From Verrucomicrobiota bacterium (GTDB lineage: Bacteria > Verrucomicrobiota > Verrucomicrobiia > Chthoniobacterales > UBA10450), in assembly GCA_003219215.1 (NCBI GenBank), contig QHPY01000170.1, positions 1,166-65,165 on the forward strand: a stretch of 64,000 nucleotides of DNA, in the 5' to 3' direction. Each line of letters opens with the position of its first letter. Within the stretch, counting starts at the first letter, position 1. The notes beneath the pieces were generated by a model, which was given only the letters and a program-made list of their open reading frames with translations, ran no database searches and had not been told where the DNA came from. A program made the position numbers and the translations under genes. Below are positions 1-8,210 of the stretch, one piece after another.

Positions 1-584
1 ATTTCCTCGCCGGTGTGGCAGCCCCAGCTTTGGATGTAAGCGTTGCGCGCGAAGATCGAGCCCCGAATTTGACGCAGCTGGGATTCGTGCAGGAACGATT
101 TCGCCGAGCTGTCTACGTTGCTGCTGTAATCGAACATAAAGCAGGCTTTGTTCGAGTGACCAAAAAATTCAAACCCCGCCACCTTCTGACTTTTGCGGTC
201 ACGTCCGGCGTTCAAATAATTGATAACGTCGTCGCCGTTCTTAAACCAAACGAGATTCAGATTAAACTTGTCTCGGACAGTCTCGATCAACCCGATCAAA
301 TCCTGATTTTCCTGCGGCTGGCGATCGAGATAACCTTGTTTATACACCAGCCAGGTGATGGGCGCGTCCGGCCCGAGCCCTTCGCGCAGTTGGTCGGTAC
401 GGAGCCGCGCCGCGCGAACGAAATTCGCCCACCAATGATCGTGCGGCTGCGCCTTGTATTGTTCCCATTGCTTGAGGGAGGGCCCGCCGACCAGGATGAT
501 CCATTCGCCTTTCGGGGTCTTGTCGCCCGCGTTGACTGCCAGCGCGAATACCGACAATGAAGCAATCAGGAGGAGGCGTTTCAT
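1..584 (-). CDS. Exported hypothetical protein, partial (3' end beyond the left window edge)
   Basis: ATG at 584-582 (minus) opens a stop-free frame to position 1. It is absent from the ORF track because it has no stop in the window. The translation starts MKRLLLIASLSVFALAVNAGDKTPKGEWIILVGGPSLKQWEQYK..., a signal-peptide-like N-terminus followed by non-repetitive sequence. No family recognised. Confidence 0.6.
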   Translation of the reverse strand, partial: MKRLLLIASLSVFALAVNAGDKTPKGEWIILVGGPSLKQWEQYKAQPHDHWWANFVRAARLRTDQLREGLGPDAPITWLVYKQGYLDRQPQENQDLIGLIETVRDKFNLNLVWFKNGDDVINYLNAGRDRKSQKVAGFEFFGHSNKACFMFDYSSNVDSSAKSFLHESQLRQIRGSIFARNAYIQSWGCHTGEE

Positions 585-642
585 TGAATTCGAGGGGAAG
601 CAGTATTTATGCAGGAAACGAAAATCTGCAACTCGGTGGCGC

Positions 643-1965
643 TCATTCCGTTTCACCGCGAACCAGGTCCTCCCAGCTCTGTCGTTTTCTGATCAGCGCG
701 ACCTTGTCGCGACGCACCAGTGCCTCCGCGGGCAGGGGACGGGAATTGTAATTCGACGCCATCACAAACCCGTACGCGCCCGCGCTCATGATCGCGAGCA
801 AATCGCCTTCGCGGAGTTCCGGCATTTCGCGGTCGAGCGCGAAAAAATCGCCCGATTCACACACCGGCCCGACGATGTCGATCTTCTCCGTCTTCCTCTT
901 TCTCTCAATCTTCTCTTCCACCGGCACGATCTCGTGGTAACTGCGGTACAGGGCCGGTCGAATCAGGTCGTTCATACCAGCATCGACAATCGCAAATTTT
1001 TTGTGACCTGATCTTTTGATGTAACGGACGCGCGTGAGCAAAACCCCGGCGTTACCGACCAGCAATCGCCCCGGTTCGAGCAGAACCCGAATGTTCAAGT
1101 CGCACAACGCAGGCAAGATCGCATCCACATATTCCTTGATCGACAACTGGTGTTTTGCCGATCCAGCATCGCTCCACCATTCTTTCGCACCGCTTTCGAG
1201 TGACGATTCGTAAACGATCCCGAGTCCGCCGCCGATACTGAAGAATGTGATCCCGTATTTAGACTTCAAATCACGGACGAGCGGTGCGACTTTGTTCACG
1301 GCATCGATAAAGGGTTTCGTCTCCGTGATCTGCGAGCCGATGTGCATCTGCACGCCGACGATGTCGATGCTGCGCATCTGGGCGGCGTGTTCATAGACGG
1401 TTACCGCATCTGAAAGCGCGATGCCGAATTTATTCTCGTGCGATCCGGTCGCGATGTATTCGTGCGTGCGCGGATCGACATCCGGATTGATCCGCAGTGC
1501 GATCGGTGCGCACGACTTTTTCGCAGCCGCAATTCGGCCGATGTATTCCAGCTCCGCTTCGCTCTCGACATTGAAACTGTAAACGCCCCGTTCGAGCGCG
1601 TATTCGATTTCGTCACGCGCTTTGCCGACTCCCGCGAACGTGCATTTTTGCGGATCTGCACCGGCTTTAATTGCGCGGAAAAGTTCGCCGCCTGAGACAA
1701 TGTCGAATCCTGCGCCCGCTTCGGCGAACAATTTCAAGATTGCCCGGTTCGAGTTCGCTTTGACCGCGTAGCAAATGAGACGATCGAGCGATGCGAGGGC
1801 GGCGTCGAGGCGAGTGTAGTGATCGAAAATCGTGCCGGCGCTATAAATATAGAGCGGTGTGCCGAACTCCTCCGCCACTCGCGCAAGATCGACATCTTCG
1901 CAGTAAAGTTTTCCCTCGCGATACCGAAACGAGTGCACCGAGAAATGTAGCGAGGTTTCTATCAA
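643..1965 (-). CDS. lysA: Diaminopimelate decarboxylase
   Basis: 440-aa ORF with fold-type III PLP decarboxylase motifs in LysA order: FGTPLYIYS, YAVKANSN, HIGSQ, GPVCESGD. Confidence 0.9.
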   Translation of the reverse strand: MIETSLHFSVHSFRYREGKLYCEDVDLARVAEEFGTPLYIYSAGTIFDHYTRLDAALASLDRLICYAVKANSNRAILKLFAEAGAGFDIVSGGELFRAIKAGADPQKCTFAGVGKARDEIEYALERGVYSFNVESEAELEYIGRIAAAKKSCAPIALRINPDVDPRTHEYIATGSHENKFGIALSDAVTVYEHAAQMRSIDIVGVQMHIGSQITETKPFIDAVNKVAPLVRDLKSKYGITFFSIGGGLGIVYESSLESGAKEWWSDAGSAKHQLSIKEYVDAILPALCDLNIRVLLEPGRLLVGNAGVLLTRVRYIKRSGHKKFAIVDAGMNDLIRPALYRSYHEIVPVEEKIERKRKTEKIDIVGPVCESGDFFALDREMPELREGDLLAIMSAGAYGFVMASNYNSRPLPAEALVRRDKVALIRKRQSWEDLVRGETE

Positions 1966-2070
1966 ACGCCGAATCGAAACATCGAAAGGGCATCGAGGCT
2001 CTCGGGACGGAGTAATCGCGCCGCTGGACAGTCTTCGGCGGTTGGATTACGAGTGCGCTACCGCACGAAC

Positions 2071-2388
2071 ATGGACGCGACAAAACTTTACTTCCTCGTC
2101 TTCGGTGCGCTGACGATTGTCGGCGGGATTATCGGTTACGTGAAAGCCGGCAGCTTGCCATCGATCATCGCCGGCGCGATTACGGGCGTGTTGTTGCTCG
2201 TCGCCGGATTCCTGCTGCCGGAACATCGGGCCGCCGGAATCGCCACCGCATTCGTTGTTTCTTTTTTGCTCGCGGCGCAATTCGTCCCCAAATTCATCCG
2301 CACCGGTAAAATGATGCCTGCCGGGATGATGTCGATCTTGAGCGTGATCGGCCTCATCGTGGCGATTGTGGCCTGGTTGAAAAAGTAA
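2071..2388 (+). CDS. Small integral membrane protein, TMEM14/UPF0136-like
   Basis: About 105 aa of Gly/Ala-rich hydrophobic helices (LVFGALTIVGGIIGYVKAGS..., IIAGAITGVLLLVAGF...). The ATG at 2071 is preferred over the GTG at 2053. Family call is from memory of the TMEM14 pattern. Confidence 0.55.
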   Translation: MDATKLYFLVFGALTIVGGIIGYVKAGSLPSIIAGAITGVLLLVAGFLLPEHRAAGIATAFVVSFLLAAQFVPKFIRTGKMMPAGMMSILSVIGLIVAIVAWLKK

Positions 2389-2392
2389 ATCC

Positions 2393-3754
2393 GTGGCAAG
2401 GCTTCGTCTCGGCACGTTGCGAAGGCTGGCGGTCCTTTTGGCGGCCGCGATTTTCGCCGCGATTCTCTACCGCTGGATCTCACAGGAACGGTTGCAGTAC
2501 TTCGCGCCCCGGGAAGTCCCGACTTCGCCAACGCCGGAGCCGACGCCGACGCGTCCGCCGCCGATTGTCGGCAAGCTCGACACCGGCCGTTTGTTTAACG
2601 GCATCACACTTCACTCCAGCGTGGAAACGGTTCCGGGCGCGGACGCTTCCACCGAACGCGTCGATCCGGAAAGTTATGTTCTCGATCTGAAATTAAACGC
2701 GCGCGTGCCAACGCCGAATCGGACGATCGAGGAGCTCGCTAGGGTAACGCCGCGATTGCCGGAATTGTTACCGGGCCTTACCGCGATGGCGGGTCCTGAT
2801 TCGGTCTCTCCGCTTTTTACCGAGCTCTACAACACGAAAGTGAAAATGCTTCGCGAAAATCTTGTCCGGCTCGATCTGGTCCTGTCACGTCACAACTTTT
2901 TCGATTGCCAAACCGTTTTGCAATTGCGGCACCCGCAGAGCCATCGCAAGGCGCTCCTGCTGCAAGCCGACATGGACGTCGATGCGGACGGCTCCGATGG
3001 CGACCGGATGCCGATCGGCACCGGAGCGCCCACCAATTTCAAACCGTTCACGAGTTTCAAGTGGCAGAAGAAAACCCCGGCGCCCAATCCGTATCTCGCC
3101 GCAACAGAAGAGCGATTGAAGCACGCGGAAGATGAGTTTGCCGCCAGAACCACTGCAGCCGACCGCAAGCGGGATCTGCGTAGCGCGGTTACGCAATTGC
3201 GCGCGGAAGTCGCAACGCTGAAAAAATACAGCTTTCTTATTGGCATGACCGATCCCTACATCGTCATTCCGGGCTCGTTTACGCATGGACGCGACGCCGC
3301 AAAAACGGGCGATTATGCGCTCGTGATTTTCGGAGATGGAATTTATCCCGCGATTGTTGGCGACATCGGACCGAACGATAAAGTGGGCGAAGCCTCATTT
3401 CGGATCGCGAAACAAATTAATCCACAGGCGACGCCTTATAATCGGCCGGTGAGCGATCTCAAAGTCACCTATCTGATTTTTCCGGGAACAGCCGATCCGC
3501 AGTTCGGTCCGCCCGATTTGGAAAAACTCCAAGACCGGTGTCAGAAGTTGATCGACGAAATCGGCGGCGCGACTGTCCAGCTGCATCGCTGGGAAAGTAT
3601 TATTCCTCCTCCGCCGACTCCGACGCCTTCGCCGACACCAACTGTTTCGCCATCGCCGACATCGACATCTTCTCCATGGCCGGCCAGTCCGCCTGCAGCA
3701 TCACCTTCAGCGACGTTCGCGTTTCCGATCTCGAGCCCGACACCGGGCAGGTAA
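2393..3754 (+). CDS. Membrane-anchored exported protein with Pro/Thr-rich linkers; possible GH75 (chitosanase)-like core
   Basis: GTG start 5 nt after the previous stop, N-terminal TM helix (LAVLLAAAIFAAILY) and P/T-rich segments at both ends. The core blocks ADMDVDADGSDGD, PYIVIPGSF and IVGDIGPNDKVGEASFRIAKQI resemble my recollection of the GH75 signature. Confidence 0.45.
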   Translation: MARLRLGTLRRLAVLLAAAIFAAILYRWISQERLQYFAPREVPTSPTPEPTPTRPPPIVGKLDTGRLFNGITLHSSVETVPGADASTERVDPESYVLDLKLNARVPTPNRTIEELARVTPRLPELLPGLTAMAGPDSVSPLFTELYNTKVKMLRENLVRLDLVLSRHNFFDCQTVLQLRHPQSHRKALLLQADMDVDADGSDGDRMPIGTGAPTNFKPFTSFKWQKKTPAPNPYLAATEERLKHAEDEFAARTTAADRKRDLRSAVTQLRAEVATLKKYSFLIGMTDPYIVIPGSFTHGRDAAKTGDYALVIFGDGIYPAIVGDIGPNDKVGEASFRIAKQINPQATPYNRPVSDLKVTYLIFPGTADPQFGPPDLEKLQDRCQKLIDEIGGATVQLHRWESIIPPPPTPTPSPTPTVSPSPTSTSSPWPASPPAASPSATFAFPISSPTPGR

Positions 3755-3800
3755 CTACGGCTGCGAGGCGTGCGAGGCGCGAGGACGCCAGCCGTTTGCG

Positions 3801-3874
3801 TGGCTGCCCCGCTTGGATTCGAACCAAGAATAACGCCTCCAAAGGGCGCTGTGTTACCGTTACACCACAGGGCA
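3801..3874 (-). tRNA. tRNA-Gln (anticodon TTG), CCA encoded
   Basis: Hand-folded cloverleaf: acceptor TGCCCTG/CGGGGCA (U1-A72), D stem GTGT/ACAC, anticodon stem GCGCC/GGCGT with loop CTTTGGA, T stem CTTGG/CCAAG with loop TTCGAAT, discriminator G plus CCA. Confidence 0.9.
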
Positions 3875-3943
3875 AGGAGTCAGCGATCGGTTTGAATCGC
3901 TGAGTTTAGCTGCAAACGGTAGCGCGCTCGATTGCGCGCGCAA

Positions 3944-5071
3944 TTATTCGCCGTTTGGTTTCGGCAGCCGAATGTCGACGGTAGTGCCTTTGTCGACAAC
4001 GCTGCTGACGGAAATCTTGCCGCCGTGTGCCTCGACAATCGCTTTCGCCACCGCCAGGCCGACACCATTTGCTTCCAAGTCACTGTAACGTTCGAAAGGT
4101 TCAAACAGGGTCGGTATCGCTTCGGGCGCAATCCCGCTACCGGTATCGGAAATTCGCATCACTACCTGGTCGTCGATGGCATCGATGGTAAACGTGAGGG
4201 TGCCACCCCGTGCCATCGCGTGCATCGCATTCTCGATCACGTTGCCAAGTGCGCGGACAAACCGTTCGAGGTCGAGGTCGATGTTGCCTTGGTAGCGAAT
4301 ATGTTTGACGAATTCGATGTTTTTGCTCGGGAGGAGATGAAGCGATTGGCGATTCACTTCGTCGAGCAGGCGCCAGATTGAAACCAATCGCTTGCTCACT
4401 GAAACCGAACCGCGCGTGTAATCGAGCAAATCCAATGTCATTCCGAGAATGCCGTTGACCGTATCAGTGAGCATTTTGCTTAGCTCGCGCAGATGTGCAT
4501 CGGCCGATTCAGTTGTGATCAAGTCGGAACAACAACGGGCAATGCAAACTGGATTTTTCAAATCGTGGATCATCGCGTTCGCGAGAGCGCCGGCCACGCG
4601 GAGTCGTTCCGCGCGCATGGTTTCGCGCATGAAATGGTTGTTTACGCTGCGGACCCGCGCCGTGATGGCGCGCAGAAAATTCATGTGCAAGCGGCTGGGT
4701 GAAAGTTCGAGAATCTCTTGAAACGTGTCTTCCGTGAGTGCGCCGATCAGTGCCGGCTCCACCGCAGTCGCGGTGGTTGAATGCGGCTCGCCCGCCAACA
4801 ACGCAGTTGCGCCAAAGAAATTTCCCTGGTTAACGTAGTCGAAGATTTCGCAGTCGACGCTGTCTGCCGCCTTCGCAATCTTAACGCAGCCCTCCCCTAC
4901 TAGGTAGAGCGAATTGCCCGGTTCGCCTTCACGAAAAATTATTTCACCGGGCTTCTTTCGCAGCACGCCAAGTTTTGGCGCAATGCGCTCGATGATGTCG
5001 GCATCAACTCCTTCGAAAAGCCGATTATCGCGAAATCGCTCGACGGCTCGGCCCCGCGCGCTCGTTTTCAT
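3944..5071 (-). CDS. Cyclic-nucleotide-binding domain sensor histidine kinase (no TM segment seen)
   Basis: The N-terminus is CAP/cNMP-binding-like (IIFREGEPGNSLYLVGEGCVKIAK). It is followed by the H-box MIHDLKNPV and ATPase motifs DTGSGIA and GVGLAVAKAIVEAHGG. The ATG at 5071 is preferred because the longest ORF (to 5122) would overlap the upstream gene by 41 nt. Confidence 0.8.
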   Translation of the reverse strand: MKTSARGRAVERFRDNRLFEGVDADIIERIAPKLGVLRKKPGEIIFREGEPGNSLYLVGEGCVKIAKAADSVDCEIFDYVNQGNFFGATALLAGEPHSTTATAVEPALIGALTEDTFQEILELSPSRLHMNFLRAITARVRSVNNHFMRETMRAERLRVAGALANAMIHDLKNPVCIARCCSDLITTESADAHLRELSKMLTDTVNGILGMTLDLLDYTRGSVSVSKRLVSIWRLLDEVNRQSLHLLPSKNIEFVKHIRYQGNIDLDLERFVRALGNVIENAMHAMARGGTLTFTIDAIDDQVVMRISDTGSGIAPEAIPTLFEPFERYSDLEANGVGLAVAKAIVEAHGGKISVSSVVDKGTTVDIRLPKPNGE

Positions 5072-5081
5072 TCCACCAACA

Positions 5082-5828
5082 TCAACTGGCGATCGATGAG
5101 CCGTCCGGCAGAGAGCTATCAATTTGGGCGTACTTCAGGCTGTCCAGAACGCCCCGGATATGGTCAACAATCTCATCAGGCGCGAGTGGTTTTCGCAGAA
5201 ATCCTGCGATGCCAGCCTTCATCAATCGGTCGAGTCGATCTTGTCGAATAAATCCAGTGCACAGAACAATTGGTATGTCGGCTCGAATCTCGCGCAGCCG
5301 ATGAAACGTCTCTTCTCCGTCCATGAACGGCATTGTCAGATCGAGCAGAACCAATTGGAATGCCTGCGGCTGTCGCCGGAATAGATCGAGCGCTTCAAAC
5401 CCCGATTGCGCGGTCACGACTTGGTAACCTGCTTCGCTCAGTAGTCGCTTGATCAAAACCAGGGCCATCTGTTCGTCGTCTACGACGAGGATGGTCGGCT
5501 TGGCGCGCGGCATTTCGCTGATCGTCTTTGGTTTCAGGAACGACGCCAGCTCAGGATGCATGAGTACTTTTTGGTTGGCGCCTCCAGCCTGCTCGGCCAA
5601 TTGCGCGGCGACTGCTTCCGCGCGATCAATGCTCGAGCGCAGCATGTTGAGGTACTGCTCCGAGCCTTCGCAGCCTTCCCACAAGTTGCCAATCTCCGCG
5701 CTGGTACCGGAAATGATCTGCAACAGGTTGTTCAATTCGCTGGTCGCTTTTGAGACCGATTCTTTCGAAACGGACTTGCGTCGATGTGGCGATGAGCCTT
5801 CAGAGTTCACCATTGCTCCTTGCAGCAT
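5082..5828 (-). CDS. Response-regulator receiver protein with N-terminal degenerate (His-less) DHp-like domain
   Basis: The C-terminal receiver is TILVVDDEQMALVLIKRLL...LVLLDLTMPFMDGEE...PIVLCTGF. The N-terminal segment ATSELNNLLQIISGTSAEI...IDRAEAVAAQLAEQ parallels the HDFNNLL-type HisKA helix pair, but Ser occupies the His position. No ATPase domain. Confidence 0.75.
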   Translation of the reverse strand: MLQGAMVNSEGSSPHRRKSVSKESVSKATSELNNLLQIISGTSAEIGNLWEGCEGSEQYLNMLRSSIDRAEAVAAQLAEQAGGANQKVLMHPELASFLKPKTISEMPRAKPTILVVDDEQMALVLIKRLLSEAGYQVVTAQSGFEALDLFRRQPQAFQLVLLDLTMPFMDGEETFHRLREIRADIPIVLCTGFIRQDRLDRLMKAGIAGFLRKPLAPDEIVDHIRGVLDSLKYAQIDSSLPDGSSIAS

Positions 5829-5959
5829 TCGGGATGCCCTTTTTCATGGAAAATTGTGATCCTGGCAGTGTGCCAACATGGCGCGCCCGGAGCGAGTCTT
5901 GGTTGTCTGAAATCCGTTCGCAATCCACGCGAACCGCCGTATATTTCTAACTCCTGTTT

Positions 5960-6727
5960 ATGAACGAGCTTCGTGTCGAAAACCTCCATGTGGCCATTGG
6001 CGATCAGCAGATCGTGCGCGGCCTGAGTCTGGCCGTTCCCCGTGGCGAAGTGCACGCCGTGATGGGCCCAAACGGCTCTGGGAAAAGCACGCTTGCCAAA
6101 GTCATGGCCGGTCATCCTGATTACCACGTTACCAAGGGCAAGATCACCATGGATAGCGAAGATCTGCTCGCGCTCGAGCCTGACGATCGCGCGCGCAAAG
6201 GCCTCTTCCTCGCGTTCCAGTATCCGAGCGAAGTTCCTGGCGTGACGATCGCCAATTTTCTCCGTGCCGCGCTTCAGTCGCGTTTGCCCGAAGGCGAAGA
6301 GATGGAAGCGACCGAATATTACGCGAAGCTTTACGAAAAAATGGAACTACTAGGAATGGATCGCTCGTTTACTTCGCGCGCGGTCAATGAAGGTTTTTCC
6401 GGTGGCGAAAAAAAGCGGACCGAGATTTTGCAGCTGGCAATGCTCGAGCCGAAGTACGCGGTGCTCGACGAAACCGACAGCGGACTGGACATCGACGCGC
6501 TTAAGACCGTCGCCCACGGCGTGAATTCATTGCGCGGCTCCAAGATCGGCATACTTTTAATTACCCATTATCAGCGTATCTTGAATTACATCGTTCCCGA
6601 CCACGTGCATGTGATGGTGCAGGGCCGGATCGTGCGCAGCGGCGGGAAGGAGCTGGCGCTTGAGCTTGAGGAACGGGGTTACGATTGGGCGCGCGCGGGA
6701 GCGGACGAACCAGTGCTGACGAGGTAA
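5960..6727 (+). CDS. sufC: Fe-S cluster assembly ATPase SufC
   Basis: Walker [13 protein letters not shown] signature FSGGEKKR and Walker [12 protein letters not shown], with a SufC-typical length of 255 aa. Immediately followed by sufB. Confidence 0.9.
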   Translation: MNELRVENLHVAIGDQQIVRGLSLAVPRGEVHAVMGPNGSGKSTLAKVMAGHPDYHVTKGKITMDSEDLLALEPDDRARKGLFLAFQYPSEVPGVTIANFLRAALQSRLPEGEEMEATEYYAKLYEKMELLGMDRSFTSRAVNEGFSGGEKKRTEILQLAMLEPKYAVLDETDSGLDIDALKTVAHGVNSLRGSKIGILLITHYQRILNYIVPDHVHVMVQGRIVRSGGKELALELEERGYDWARAGADEPVLTR

Positions 6728-6734
6728 AATCGAA

Positions 6735-8144
6735 ATGAAAACTGAGACCAAAGCAGTCGATATCGACCGCGACAAAGGCGATTTCGCTTATCCGGAAGTT
6801 CACGTCCGCGACGCGGGCCGCGGTCTGAGCGAAAAAACCATTCACTACATCTCCGACGTCAAGGAAGATCCCGATTGGGTTCGCGAATTTCGTCTCCGCG
6901 GTTTGAAAACATTTCTCGAGAAACCGCTCCCGACGCATTGGGCGAGCAAGGATTTGGAGGCAATCGATTTCGACAAAATTCGTTACTATCTCTCGCCCGG
7001 CACCGGGGCGAAGCGCAGCTGGGAAGAAGTGCCGGATGACATCAAACGCACTTTCGAGCGGCTCGGCATTCCCGAACAAGAACGGAAATTTCTCGCCGGC
7101 GTCGAAGCCCAGTTCGACAGCGAAGCGGTGTACTCAAACATCAAGAAAGCGGTCGGCGAACAAGGGGTCATTTTCGTCGGCTCGACCGAGGGCCTGAAAA
7201 ATCACCCGGAAATTTTCCGGAAATGGTTCGGCAAAGTCATTCCAATCGGCGACAACAAATTCAGCGCCCTCAACTCCGCCGTGTTTAGCGGTGGGTCGTT
7301 CATCTACGTCCCGCCCGGCGTCAAAGTGAAACATCCGCTTCAGGCCTACTTCCGGATCAACGCCGAGAGCTTCGGGCAATTCGAGCGCACGCTGATCATT
7401 GCCGATGAAGGCAGCGAAGTCACTTACATGGAAGGTTGCACCGCGCCGAAGTTTGAGACCGTAGCGCTGCACAGCGCGGTAGTCGAACTCGTCGCGCTCA
7501 AAGGCGCCAAACTCCAATACATCACCGTCCAAAACTGGTCGTCCAACGTTTTCAATTTGGTGACGAAACGCGGACTGGCGCACGAAGACGCCGAGATCAA
7601 ATGGATCGATTGCAACATCGGCTCGCGGCTGACAATGAAATATCCGGGCGTCGTGCTGAAAGGTAGAAAATCACGCGGTGAAGTGCTCTCGATCGCTCTC
7701 GCCAATAACGGTCAGCACCAGGACACCGGCGCGAAAATGATCCACGCCGCGGACGAAACAACTTCGAACATCATTTCGAAATCAATTTCGATCGGCACCG
7801 GTCGGGCCACCTATCGAGGACTTGTTCACGTGCCGAAGCATCTCAAGCATTGCAAGAACAACACCGAGTGCGATGCGCTCCTGATCAATGCGACGAGTCG
7901 GACCGACACTTACCCAGCAATCACCGTCCGCGGGACCGGCAATTCCGTGCAACACGAGGCCAGCGTCAGCCAGGTCAGCGCCGAACAGATCTTTTACATG
8001 CAACAGCGCGGTTTGACCGAAGCCCAGGCGATGAGCTTGAGTGTGAACGGGTTCGTCAACGATCTCGTCCGCCAATTTCCGATGGAATACTCGGTCGAGC
8101 TGAAACGCCTGATCGAGCTCGAGATGGAAGGCTCGGTCGGATAA
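6735..8144 (+). CDS. sufB: Fe-S cluster assembly protein SufB
   Basis: 469-aa ORF with SufB-type sequence throughout ([25 protein letters not shown]-terminal [32 protein letters not shown]). Flanked by sufC and sufD. Confidence 0.9.
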   Translation: MKTETKAVDIDRDKGDFAYPEVHVRDAGRGLSEKTIHYISDVKEDPDWVREFRLRGLKTFLEKPLPTHWASKDLEAIDFDKIRYYLSPGTGAKRSWEEVPDDIKRTFERLGIPEQERKFLAGVEAQFDSEAVYSNIKKAVGEQGVIFVGSTEGLKNHPEIFRKWFGKVIPIGDNKFSALNSAVFSGGSFIYVPPGVKVKHPLQAYFRINAESFGQFERTLIIADEGSEVTYMEGCTAPKFETVALHSAVVELVALKGAKLQYITVQNWSSNVFNLVTKRGLAHEDAEIKWIDCNIGSRLTMKYPGVVLKGRKSRGEVLSIALANNGQHQDTGAKMIHAADETTSNIISKSISIGTGRATYRGLVHVPKHLKHCKNNTECDALLINATSRTDTYPAITVRGTGNSVQHEASVSQVSAEQIFYMQQRGLTEAQAMSLSVNGFVNDLVRQFPMEYSVELKRLIELEMEGSVG

Positions 8145-8167
8145 CAATTTTCGCCAATAATCTTGCT

Positions 8168-8194
8168 GAACCGGCGGTCTGAGGACCGCCGTTC
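8168..8194 (+). other. Strong RNA hairpin in the sufB-sufD spacer
   Basis: GAAC(C)GGCGGTC-TGAG-GACCGCCGTTC: 11 bp with one bulged C and a 4-nt loop. It lies between the sufB stop (8144) and the sufD ATG (8211) and has no clear T tract. Confidence 0.5.
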
Positions 8195-8210
8195 TTATCT
8201 AAGATCGACA

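Noticed and set aside
15-560. 181-aa plus-strand ORF at the left edge
   Set aside because: It lies antisense to a better minus-strand gene with a signal peptide that runs off the window. It has Arg/Val/Pro-rich shadow-ORF composition and no recognisable motifs.
1966-2052. Lysine riboswitch upstream of lysA
   Set aside because: The upstream gap is only about 87 nt, too short for an L-box, and no conserved L-box segments were seen.
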